From Octopus vulgaris (Eukaryota), in contig OX597818.1 in the NCBI GenBank assembly GCA_951406725.2, positions 116,560,001 to 116,624,000 on the forward strand: a stretch of DNA of 64,000 nucleotides, written 5' to 3'. Under the pieces are notes generated by a model that saw only the letters and a list, made by a program, of their open reading frames with translations, was not told the DNA's origin and searched no databases. Below, piece after piece: positions 28,982 through 40,299 of the stretch; the stretch's first letter is position 1, and every line of letters begins with the position of its first letter. A program made the position numbers and the translations under genes.

Positions 28982-29220
28982 GGGTAGTAAAGAGATAGGT
29001 ATTTCGTCAATCGTTACGTTCTGAGTTCAAATTCCGTCGAGGTCGACTTTGCCTTTCATCCTTTCGGGGTCGATAAAATAAAGTACCAGTTTCGCACTGG
29101 TGTCGATATAATCGACTTAATCCCTTTGTCTGTCCTTGTTTTCCCCTCTATGTTTAGCCCCTTGAGGGCAGTAAAGAAATATATATATATGTTTAGCCCC
29201 TTGAGGGCAGTAAAGAAATA
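28982..29220 (+). mobile_element. SINE A composite with duplicated tail end
   Basis: gggtagtaaagagata|ggtatttcgtc...; tatgtttagccccttgagggcagtaaagaaat occurs twice. Confidence 0.88.
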
Positions 29221-29278
29221 TATATATACATATATATATATATAAATAAATAAATATATATATATATTTATTTATATA

Positions 29279-29314
<36 letters not shown>

Positions 29315-29380
29315 TGTATGTATGTATGTATGTATGTGTGTGTGTCTATGTATGTATATACCGTCTCACATATACATGTA

Positions 29381-29416
29381 TATCATCATCGTCGTCATCA
29401 TCATCATCATCATCGA

Positions 29417-29465
<49 letters not shown>

Positions 29466-29496
29466 GACATCATCATCATCAACATCATCATCATCA
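29381..29496. repeat. (CAT)n microsatellite
   Basis: Directly visible. Confidence 0.95.
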
Positions 29497-29715
29497 CCTA
29501 GTTCCCTTCACTTGTGTAGTCAGACGTTGGGGTGCAGCTTTAGGCGTTTTTGGAGTCAGCCATCACAGATCTCATAGATCTCATGTATCTTACATCTTAC
29601 CAGGATGCGGTATGGACCGAGATTCCCGTTGACAAGACTTTGGCATTAAACAGAACGTTAAACACTCACGTTATGCGAATTAGTAACTCCAGTTCTCTGA
29701 AGCTATTGGATTTCT

Positions 29716-30674
29716 CGAGTATATAAACATATTGGCCGAGTACCCCCAGAACTGGAAGAAGCATGGCTGATGACAGCCATAACGTTCAATATGAAGAATG
29801 GGGCCACGATACTGAAGGCCACAAGAACTGATAAACTCAATTACTGGGGATATGGGATCGGACTCACTATCCAGGAAACAGTAGAGGATTTGAATAGGAT
29901 TGCGGAGGAGATAGAGCTACCAGACGACTCGAGATTAAGAATGAAGGTAGAGAGCAAGACGCCTGTATGTTTCGAATGTGGAAAGACGGGCCATATGAAG
30001 GCATGGTGCACCCAGAAAAAGCAGCAAGTAGAGCAGGTGGAGAGACAAGAGAGCGTGGACCAGGTAGAACAGGTCGAGACAAAGGAAAAAGAAACAGAGG
30101 ATGATTTTACTGTGGTAATAAAAAAGAAGGAGGAACGGATGGCTAGGTTCTCCGCCGGAGAAACAGAAAAAGAAGGAAGAAGATATGAGAAAAGAAACTG
30201 TAAAGGGGGTCAGCAGGAAGGAAGACAAAAAGGGTGACAGAGAAAGAAAGTAAAAAGAAAATGGAGCTACAAGTAAAGATACCATTTGTTCCGGTGGAAA
30301 AGGATTCGGAAATTCAACTGGCCGAAGAGGAGATGGAGAGACTGCTTAGAGTGGAGGAGGAACAGAGAGAACAAAGAGTTCCAAATAAAGGAAAGAAAAT
30401 TAAAGGAAACGGTGTATGGTATTACGTGCGATACCCAAAGAATGTAGAAACAGAGAAGAAGATAGTCAAGTTTAGTCAAATAGTAAGGGTGGAAGTACCA
30501 TCATACATATATGCAGAGGATATGAAAGTGATAGTGATCGAAAAGGAAAATTACAGGAAACTGGAAGAAATGTGTGGAGATAATATTGACCCAGCAGGAG
30601 TAAGGGTGGAATTCAAAGAATTGCCACCAGTCGTGGATTTAGTGGAAATTGAACCAGTGATGGAGTACTACTAA
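29716..30674 (+). pseudogene. LINE ORF1-like (gag-like) protein with CCHC zinc knuckle, 5'-truncated and frameshifted
   Basis: CFECGKTGHMKAWC (CX2CX4HX4C), K/E-rich linker, C-terminal domain WYYVRYPKNVETEKKIVKF... in a second frame. Confidence 0.85.
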
Positions 30675-30983
30675 AAAGTAAATAAGTATGTTAAATTGAG
30701 AGGAATAAAAAGAAAAGAAAAAAGCAAAAGGAAAACAAAAACAGAAAATGGAATAAAAAAAGAAAGAGTAAAGTGTTTTATGTTATGTTTTAAAAAATAT
30801 TGGGAAATAGAAGAACAATTGTAGAGAATGTATATAACGGTTCAAATACTTGCAATGGTATGTAGCACGATAATTAATTCTTATGTAGATACATGATGAA
30901 AATGGACTGTAAAAAAAAAAAGATTAATGGTACTACATGTGATGAGGAGCCATTCATAACCTCATTGTTATATAATCATAAAG

Positions 30984-31213
30984 GGCGGCGAGCTGGCAGA
31001 AACGTTAGCACGCCGGGCGAAATGCGTAGACATATTTCGTCTGTCGTTACATTCTGAGTTCAAATTCCGCCGAGGCCGACTTTGCCTTTCATCCTTTCGG
31101 GGTCGATAAATTAAGTACCAGTTTCGCACTGGGGTCGATATAATCGACTTAATCATTTTGTCTGTCTTTGTTTGTCCCCTCTATGTTTAGCCCCTTGTGG
31201 GTAGTAAAGAAAT
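30984..31213 (+). mobile_element. SINE A, full length, tail 1, with 11-bp TSD
   Basis: TSD tatataatcat at 30969-30979 and 31215-31225; A and B boxes in head. Confidence 0.93.
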
Positions 31214-31329
31214 ATATATAATCATCTCATCATATTCGTTCTATGTATTGTCCCCTCTGTGATGTCCTGTCTGTCCTTGTTGGTCCCCCTCTATGTTTGG
31301 GCCCTTGTGGCTAATAAAGAAACGATTTG

Positions 31330-32078
31330 ATTTAGCGAAGGAGAAAGATTCAGGAGTGCAACTCCATGAGGGTGAAATAGAGGAATTGTTCACGGTTGAG
31401 ACAGAGAACGAAGACGTTTTAGAAATAGAAGATGACACGGATCTTTTCGGTTTGAACGGCAGTTTTTTCTAGCGGTGTCATATGAAATTGTCACCCATAA
31501 TTATGACCCTAGAATCGATCTATTGCATTTCAATCTGTTTTAGGGTTAGGGTTAGGGGTGGGGGAAGGGTATCTTTTTTTCTTCACAAATGTAAATAAAC
31601 ACAATCTGTTTCTTAAACGAGGGACATATTCATACGGCACAGAATGTGTTTTTTACCTCAATAGACGTGAGTGATTGGTTGAAATTGCAGAAATTGAAGA
31701 AACAAAACAACAAATTTCTTACAAATTATAGAATTTTCTCAATAAAGGCAAGAGAAAAAGATGTTTTATAAACACATTCTACCAGTATATGCAGTTTAAA
31801 ATTTTTTAGTTACCTGGAAATTATGTTAAAAACTGCCGTTTAAACCGAAAAGATCCGATGATAGTGATATAGAGACATGGTTAAGAGAAGAAACAGAGAA
31901 GGTAAAACCACCAGAAATAGAAGTAGAAAAGAGAAAACCAAGAAGAGAAAAAAATAAATGAAACTTCGTAAGATATGCCAAAAACAAGGAGGTGGAAAGA
32001 AAAATTGTGAAATTTAAACAAATCATAAGAGTGAAGTTACCCAAGGATGTATACTCAGAAAATGTAAAGGCCATTGTG
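31330..32078 (+). pseudogene. Second, diverged ORF1 C-terminal fragment split by a MITE
   Basis: EKDSGVQLHEGEIEELF...FVRYAKNKEVERKIVKFKQIIRVKLPKDVYSENVKAIV aligns with EKDSEIQLAEEEMERLL...YVRYPKNVETEKKIVKFSQIVRVEVPSYIYAEDMKVIV. Confidence 0.85.
31439..31856. mobile_element. MITE with 28-bp TIR and 8-bp TSD (Merlin-like GG ends)
   Basis: ggatcttttcggtttgaacggcagtttt / aaaactgccgtttaaaccgaaaagatcc; flanks gatgacac / gatgatag; internal (TTAGGG)3. Superfamily is inference. Confidence 0.88.
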
Positions 32079-32307
32079 GACTTGTAGCAGTGGACAGTCA
32101 GCGCTATGGCGATCAGAGCTCGCTCTCAGCACCATTGGGCTGACTGTCCGCTGATAAGAGCCCACAGTCAGCGCTATGGCGATCAGAGCTCGCTCTGAGC
32201 GCCATTGGGCTGACTGTCCGCTGATAAGAGCCCACAGTCAGCGCTATGGTGATCAGAGCTCACTCTGAGTGCCATTGGGCTGACTATGGGCTCGTACCAG
32301 TGGACAG
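32078..32307. repeat. Tandem array of three palindromic units, 70-bp period
   Basis: acagtcagcgctatggcgatcagagctcgctctgagcgccattgggctgactgt starts at 32094, 32164 and 32234. Confidence 0.95.
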
Positions 32308-32904
32308 TAAATATTCTTTCACTGGTATGCATGCATGTATTACATATATATATATATATTCACACACATATATGCATGAATATAGACAGAGACATAACGC
32401 AGAAGCCAACTCGTCTCCACGTACAGCCAATTATTTGGGAACCAAATTCCTCAGAGGTTATCACAGAAGTCTTCAAAGTGAGTACAAACGTCAGATGATG
32501 GTTTGGAGGTCATTTTCAGAATTACGTAAGCTTTCAGTGCCCTGGCTTTCCAAAGGTCTTCCTCGCAAGAGGGAAATGACATCTTTGTAGTAATGCAAAG
32601 TTAGTACCTAATATCCCATACTGCTTATGTGTTTAATTGAAATTACATCGTCCCAGCAGAGCAGCCCGTATATTTCACAACACTCTTTCACTGCAGAATT
32701 TTTTCTTTGAACATGTATTAGAGAAACACTTTCCAGGTGCTTAAAATTGATTATAGTGCGTGAAGCGTACACAGGTAAAACAGATTATTTAAAAGTGACA
32801 ATAGTTGGGATGGCAAAATGGTAAACAACCCATATGTTTTACATCAAGTAAATATCGTAACATGAATTTGAATAAAACACCCTTCATTAGTCATATACAA
32901 ACAT

Positions 32905-33097
32905 AGGACCGGTTTCTCGTTTATGTTCGGGTATACATCTGCCGCCTCTGGACGGGACACAATTCTGTTGCAGAATTATTCATTTTTGTCAGCCGAGTGG
33001 ACTGGAGCAACCTGAGCACAACGCATCGTCAATCAAGGAATCGAAACCACAATCTTACGATCAGGAGTACCAACAACCTAACCACAAAGCCACAGCG
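32905..33097 (-). mobile_element. SINE C-related copy
   Basis: ggaatcgaaaccacaatcttacgatc...cctaaccac; similar to 57800-58051. Confidence 0.75.
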
Positions 33098-33477
33098 TCT
33101 GTAACTCACATGTAGCGTGCAATGCGGTTATCCAACATCTTTATTATTATTTGTATGAATTCACACGAATGAAAGATACATCTTGGTTCCAGGTTTGGTT
33201 CACATATCTCATCGACGAATATTTTCTTGAACTGCTGGGGTTCCAGCAACCGTCCTGATCAAGTGCTCGAATCGGTTTTATCAATCGTGACCCAGATATG
33301 CAAAAAATTTGCTGGACTGCATGTTACTAGCAACATAGACATGTAATCTGAAATGGACCCGCAGACACACAGACATACACATACACACACATACAAACGC
33401 ACGCACACATACATACATATGCACGGATGAAAACATATAAATATGTTAACATATATCTATATACAAACATACATGTA

Positions 33478-33757
33478 GAGGTTGTGTCGTAAGGAGCTTG
33501 CTTACGAACCACATGGTTCCGGGTTCAGTCCCACTGCGTGGCACCTTGTTAGTGGATTTGATAGACGGAAATTTCGCTTGATAGCCGATGATGGTGTGTT
33601 TACCTCCCCGTAACTTAGCGGTTCGGAAAAAGAGGCTGACAGAATAAATATTAGGCTTACAAAGAAAAAGTCCTGGGGTCGATTTGCTCGACCAAAATTA
33701 TGGTGCACAAGCATGGCCACAGACACATGACTGAAACATGTAAAAGAGTTAAAGAGA
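33478..33757 (+). mobile_element. SINE B, internally deleted
   Basis: accacatggttccgggttcagtcccactgcgtggcacctt...agcatggccacag..atgactgaaac. Confidence 0.85.
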
Positions 33758-33906
33758 TATATAAATATGTGTATGCATATCTATGCATGCATATGTAAAC
33801 TTACATATATCCATGTGCCTGTGCACATGTGAACGTTTGTGTGCGTGTGAGTGCAAATGACAAAAGCCTAGCGGTTACTACATCCAGTGTATGCTTGGGA
33901 GTATAA

Positions 33907-34090
33907 TTTCCAATCGTGACCATCCCAACTGCCAACGTAACAGCTTCGGCCATTCGCTTCCACCCTGTTTAGCAGATTTGCTCTTTTTTGTGTGTTTGTG
34001 ACGGGGGAGGTAGTGGGAGGAGTCGGTGACAATTTAATGTTGGTGGGCACGAATGAGAAGGGAGTTTGTTTATCAGTTGCTATGTGTATA
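33907..34090 (+). repeat. Local direct duplication, copy 1 (copy 2 at 35787-35962)
   Basis: ccatcccaactgccaacgtaacagcttc...cgggggaggtagtgggaggag.cggtgacaatttaatgtt shared. Confidence 0.9.
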
Positions 34091-34364
34091 TATATATATA
34101 TATATATATACATACGCACACACACGTATACATACACACACACAAAAACACAGACATATATAGATAGATAGATACATACATACATCATACATGCATCATA
34201 CATGCATGCATACATACATACATACATACATACATACATACATACATACATACATACATACATACATACATACATACATACATACATACATACATACATA
34301 CATACATACATACATACATACATCCATACATACATACATACATACATACATACATACATACATG

Positions 34365-34628
34365 CGGAGACCCCCTTCGGTCACGAATGACCACGGGATT
34401 GCACGTAGAAAGTTACCCTCCCAGGCAGTCACCCATGCATACTGGCCTCCCGTCTTAACGCCACCAGTGTTATCCAAGGGAAAGGGAAAGGCCGATACAG
34501 CTTGGCAGCAACGTGAAATAATGTGTGTCTTGCTCAAGAACACAACCACCCAGTCCGGTCCTGGATTCGAACTCACAACCTCGCGATCCTACGCTCGACG
34601 CTCTAACCACTGAGCTATGCGCCTTCAC

Positions 34629-34629
<1 letters not shown>
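34365..34629 (-). mobile_element. SINE C
   Basis: Minus strand gtgaaggcgcatagctcagtggttagagcgtcg...gagttcgaatcc; tRNA A and B boxes. Confidence 0.88.
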
Positions 34630-34669
<40 letters not shown>

Positions 34670-34885
34670 TATGTGTATATATATATATATACACACACTA
34701 ACGCACTTACATACACACATGCGTACATATATATGTGTGTGTGTGTGTGTGTGCGTGTAAGTATGTATTCATTTATGTATTTATTCTGTTATTCTATTAT
34801 ATATTTCAGCCACGCAGCTGCAGTCATGCTGGAGCAGCAACATGAATTTGTAGCCCTTCTTTTGTCCCCTTCTGTTGGCTTCATA

Positions 34886-34944
<59 letters not shown>

Positions 34945-35265
34945 TTATCTATCTATCTGTCTCTCTGTCTGTATGTATGTATGTCTGACTGTCTGTTAGT
35001 TTGTCTCTGTCTCTGTCTCTCCCTCTCTCTATTTTATGTTCATATCCCACCGTATTTCATCTTTCTGAAATCAATAAAGTAAATCATTGGACACACACAG
35101 ACACACACAGACATGCACACACAGACACACACACACGCACACACACACACACACTCACACACTCACACACACACACACAAATATATAAACAAATTGATAT
35201 ACAAAAATACCTCAAACCTACGCATATACACATACATGCACACACAGAAAGACACATACACAGAT

Positions 35266-35350
<85 letters not shown>

Positions 35351-35555
35351 TATATATACATACATGCATAGATAAGTGTACATATATTTTTATTTTTGCT
35401 ATATTTATATTAACATATACATACATACTTCCATATATAAACATACCTACATATATTAATACGTTCATACATACATAAATACATACATAGATAAGTACGT
35501 TTATGCATGCATACATACATATATACATACACACATACATGCATACATACATACA

Positions 35556-35589
<34 letters not shown>

Positions 35590-35786
35590 CATACATACAT
35601 ACATACATACATACGTACATACGTCATATACCTTATCGTCTGCTAATATCTTTCAATCCTGAAAGCGAGAGACTGTCCCGCTTCTATTTTAAAATATTAT
35701 TATCATTGATGTTGGTAAACAAATTATGTCCTTGTTCCTAATATGGCCTTGGTCGTTTCTCTCAGAGCTGGGCACTCGGTAAAAGC

Positions 35787-35962
35787 TTTCCAATCGCGAC
35801 CATCCCAACTGCCAACGTAACAGCTTCCTCCCTGTTTAGCAGATTTGCTCTGTTTTTTTTTTTTGTGTTTGTGGCGGGGGAGGTAGTGGGAGGAGCCGGT
35901 GACAATTTAATGTTTGGTGGACACGGATGGGAAGGAAGTTTGTTTATCTGTTGCTATGTATA
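35787..35962 (+). repeat. Local direct duplication, copy 2
   Basis: Matches 33907-34090. Confidence 0.9.
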
Positions 35963-36153
35963 TATGTATATATATATATCATATATATATACATATATAT
36001 GCATATATATATCATATATATATACATATATATACATATATATATACACACACACATATATATACATATATATACACACACACACACATATATATATATA
36101 TACACACATATATATATATATATATATATGTGTATATATATACATATATAAAT

Positions 36154-36198
<45 letters not shown>

Positions 36199-36222
36199 TA
36201 TAGATATATACACAAACATACA

Positions 36223-36287
<65 letters not shown>

Positions 36288-36524
36288 ATATATATTCATA
36301 TATATATATGTTGTTATTTTTGTGTGAAGCGAAGGGCTGGTTGCTGTGAAAGTGACTGCGCTTTCATAGTCGCTGTGAATTTAGAGAGAGAGGAAAAAAC
36401 GGCGGCGCCATCATTTGTGGGTGTGTGATTAGCGTGCATACGATAAAGATGGCGCTGACAACGACGACGACATCGATGATAACTTGAGGAAGAGGTTGGT
36501 CCTGATGTTATAACAATGACAGAA

Positions 36525-37125
36525 CTAGTGATAGTAGTAGTGGTGGTAGTGGTGGTGGTGGTGGTGATGCTGGTGATGCTGGTTTAAGAGTTACAGGAGA
36601 TATAAATGATGGGGGTGATGGAAGCGGCAGTGTTGGTGGTGATGGCGGGAATATTGTTGTGTAAATTGTGAAGGATGTTGCGTTTGTTAAGGTTTGTTGT
36701 GGTTGCAGTAGTGTGGGTGGTTGTAGTAGTTGTCATGGTGATGGTAGTAATGGTTGGAGGGGTAGTGGAGGCGGTGGCGGGGGCAGTTGAAACTTTGTAG
36801 TTATTTTTTATATTCTTTCTAGTGGTTTGTTATTTGACGCGTTCGATGTTTTGACGCAGTAGTAATGGTTGTGGTGGTGGTGGTGGTGGTGATGGTGGTG
36901 GTGGTGATGGTGGTGATGGTGGTGATGGTGGTGATGGTGATGGTGGTAGAGGTGGTAGTGGGGGTGATGGTCATATCCTTGTTCTTGATACGGCCTTGGT
37001 CGGATCCGATGGAGCTGGAGACTGGGATAAAGAACTTTCCATTCGTGACTATCCCAACTTTCAAACGAACACCATGGTAGTGATGGTGGTGGTAGTGGGG
37101 GTAGTGGTGTCGGTGGTGGTGTAGC
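36525..37125. repeat. Degenerate (GGT/GAT/AGT)n region
   Basis: Directly visible. Confidence 0.85.
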
Positions 37126-37331
37126 TAGTGATTTATCATGCATACTTAACTATTATTGGTTTTAGCTCCAAATTTTGGCACAAGGCCAGCAGTTTTGTGG
37201 GAAGAAGCAAGTCAGTTAAATCGATCTTAGTGTTCAACCTGTACTTCTTTCCCCGACCCCCGAAAGTATGGAAGGCAAAACCAACCTTGGTGGAATTAGA
37301 GGCTTATATACTATTATTAAGTATACTGTTG

Positions 37332-37540
37332 TGGTGACGACCTGACAGAATCGTTAGCACGATAACTTGTGGCGTTTCGTCCGCCGTTGCCATCTGGATT
37401 AAAATTCCGCGCAGACATCGACTTCGACTTTCATACGTCCGAGGTCGAAAACGTAAGTACCAGTTGCGTTCTCGGGTCGATGTAATCGACTTAAATCCTC
37501 CCCAAACTTGCTGGCCTTGTGCCAAAATTTGAAACCCAAA
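37332..37540 (+). mobile_element. SINE A, tail type 2
   Basis: cagaatcgttagcac...gtcgatgtaatcgacttaaatcctccccaaacttgctggccttgtgccaaaatttgaaacc. Confidence 0.82.
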
Positions 37541-37744
37541 TCGATTCCGCTGTTTTAAGAACACTTATATCATACAAGTGAAATGAGGACGAAAATATAG
37601 CTTACAGTATCTTACTGTTTGGGGAGCAGATCCTTCCACGAACGTCGACGTTGGTTTTATACTTAAGGGGTCAGTAAAAATAGTATATATATATATATAT
37701 ATCCTTAAGGGGTCAGTAAAAATAGTATATATATATACAGTTAA

Positions 37745-37945
37745 CATTTACAGAAAACAAATAAAAGTGAAGACAGTTAAAGGAACAACAAGTAGGTGTA
37801 TTAGTTTGAGGCTCTGGAAGAATGGAATAGTCCTTGACGTTCCGAGCCTAAGCTCTTCGTCAGAAAGGTTTGAGGGCGAAAGCTGGAGCGGGGAAGAAAG
37901 CAGACAGACAAAAATTGTGTAAAGATTAATAGATTTAGAGTTCAA
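37745..37945 (-). mobile_element. Short Penelope-type repeat with minimal hammerhead-like motif
   Basis: Minus strand cttt-CTGACGA-agagc-ttag-gctc-GGAAC-GTC-aagg. Confidence 0.7.
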
Positions 37946-37947
37946 CA

Positions 37948-37999
<52 letters not shown>

Positions 38000-38049
38000 G
38001 GAGAGTTCACGAAAAAAAGGAGAGAAAAAATGTGTATAGTGGGTTTATG

Positions 38050-38116
<67 letters not shown>

Positions 38117-38173
38117 GGAGAGTTCACGAAAAAAAAGGAGAGAAAAAATGTGTATAGTGGGTTTATGTATATG

Positions 38174-38213
<40 letters not shown>

Positions 38214-38214
<1 letters not shown>

Positions 38215-38373
38215 GCGCAGGTGTGGGTATGTGGTAAGAATCTTGCTTCCCAACCACATGGTGTCGGGTTCAGTCCCCCTGGGTGGCACTTTGGGCGTGT
38301 CTTCTACTATAGCCTCGGGTGGACAAAATCCTTGAGTGGATTTGATAGATGGAAACTGAAAGAGGTGGCTGTC

Positions 38374-38375
<2 letters not shown>
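38214..38375 (+). mobile_element. SINE B 5' part
   Basis: ggcgcaggtgtggg..tgtggtaagaa...gggttcagtccc...gaaactgaaaga. Confidence 0.85.
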
Positions 38376-38421
<46 letters not shown>

Positions 38422-38546
38422 TGTTTGAACGTACATTGTATTCTTCTTTGAATAATATATAGTCTATTGACTAATTTTTTCTTTCTCGCTAGACCACTGG
38501 TAACTAAGAATTTTTCTATGAATATTCTTGCTACTCTCAGATTTTA

Positions 38547-38598
<52 letters not shown>

Positions 38599-39918
38599 GT
38601 CTTTGTGTTTGTCCCCCACCATCGCCCCACCATGGTGAGAACCCGTTGAGGGAAATATGGTGGCATAATGATGGTTGGCTGATATGAGGGAAGGAGAGGA
38701 GACAGTAAGAGGCAGAGGGACATGGATCTGAAATAATACCACTATACGTAATATCTTTCATTTTCTTCCATACATTTTCTTCCCTTGAGGAAGGGACAGC
38801 GAGACAGGGTACGTGAGAAACAGACGGTGAGAACGAGAGACAGGGAAAGAGCGGGAGAGAGAGAATGTGTTTACTGAAGGGAAGAACGAATTTTAATACT
38901 TTGTTCTTGAATTTTTTACCTTATCACTTAACGCATACGCTTTAGTGAATTAACTATCGTCTGCTCAGTCAAAACTTTTACAATATGTCTTACAACAGAT
39001 GTTAAACTAACATGTGAAAGGTTAAATTGTTTTTATATTTGTTTTCAAACCACCGTATTAAGATTTATTATAACTTTACCAACGTACTGAGACGATAATA
39101 CTATATACAATATCTTTTATTTTCTTCCATGGATGAATAGCCTTTTGCTGTCGGGCAATTTTTGTCAATAGAATGTCTTGTATACATTTCTGTTTATTCC
39201 ATGTTTGACCATGATTTCCTCGACAGATAGGTCTCTTGATCAAAAATAATTTGCGGAATTCTTCGCAAAACATTTCCTCGGCGATCTTTTTCTTTTTATA
39301 ATTATTTACATGTTTGTTCGACCGCTTCCCATGCCTTTATTCATTAAAACTTATTAAAACATCAGAAGTTCTCACACCTTTGGTCCTCGTAATGCTTTAC
39401 TTTCCTTTGTTTGATAATAATTCGTCATCGGAATGATTTTCGTTTCATTTTGTGACAGACAGCTATCATGTAGAAAATACCAGCTTCCAAATCCTGTTTT
39501 CTGATTTGGTAAACTTGACTAAACTTTAAACCCCAAGAGAATGTGAGGATACATGAAGAGATAGAGTGACAGAGAAAATGAGAGACAGACGAGTTGTTTA
39601 TAGTGATCAAATGTTTGTGTTCATATAAACTCGCTCCCTCCATCGAGTTGACATTGCCTGTGCAGGTGCACGTGTGTGCAACACGTTGCAGGTAAAAATG
39701 AATGCTAAGCAACGCTAAATGAATCGTGTTGCTGAAGAACGTAAAACACTACTCGTTCAGAGAATCGAAATTAAATATCTCTTAGTAGGCCTAGTACTTG
39801 TATCGGTTTTTTAGCCGAACAACTAAGTTACGGGAACGTAAACACACTAGCATCGATTGTCAAGCGATGGTGGGGACAAATACTGAAGCATTCACACACA
39901 CACACTTATATACATACG

Positions 39919-39960
<42 letters not shown>

Positions 39961-40175
39961 CGAAATAAGAAGATGGAGAAATACATCCAAGTCAAATATC
40001 AACTACCAGATAATACCCAATCACATACTTTATTAAACCACTACATAAGAAACTTTAAGGTCAAACATAATATTATAGAACAAAACAGTGTACATAATGG
40101 AGCGTACATAAAGGTGTAATATGGTATAATAAGTACAATATGTATAAGAGAATATAAATATAAATATAAACTACG

Positions 40176-40299
40176 TCTTACGGCTGTTTCGGCCATGCAG
40201 ATAAGTATGTCTCATTTTACTTATACTAGCCATGTGTAGTAGGTCAATATGTAGTATAAATGAGACATTTACAAAAATATACTAAGGCCTCTTCGGAGA
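40176..40299 (-). ncRNA. Hammerhead-ribozyme-like motif (type I) with extended stem II
   Basis: Minus strand tct-CCGAAGA-ggcc-[91 nt]-ggcc-GAAAC-agcc-GTA-aga. Confidence 0.55.

Larger units (their letters stand above)
29716..31322 (+). mobile_element. ORF1-only non-LTR retroelement with SINE-like 3' end
   Basis: After the ORF1 stop and removal of the nested SINE, about 400 bp of UTR-like sequence ends in tgtctgtccttgttggtccccctctatgtttgggcccttgtggctaataaagaaa; no EN/RT seen. Confidence 0.65.

Noticed and set aside
29286-29632. Poly-His, poly-Ser and poly-Ile ORFs
   Set aside because: (CAT)n microsatellite open in all frames, with no splice or coding context.
31538-31558. Telomere or chromosome-fusion site
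   Set aside because: Only three TTAGGG units, inside a TIR element.
32078-32307. CRISPR-like array
   Set aside because: Internal linkers are identical rather than unique spacers, no cas genes, eukaryotic context.
34560-34629. tRNA gene
   Set aside because: tRNA-like A and B boxes continue into a SINE body present in many copies; it is a SINE head.
36808-37143. Pro/His-rich ORF
   Set aside because: Derived from degenerate (GGT)n repeats.
39076-39335. Lys-rich minus-strand ORF
   Set aside because: No domain, stop immediately upstream, consistent with chance in A-rich DNA.
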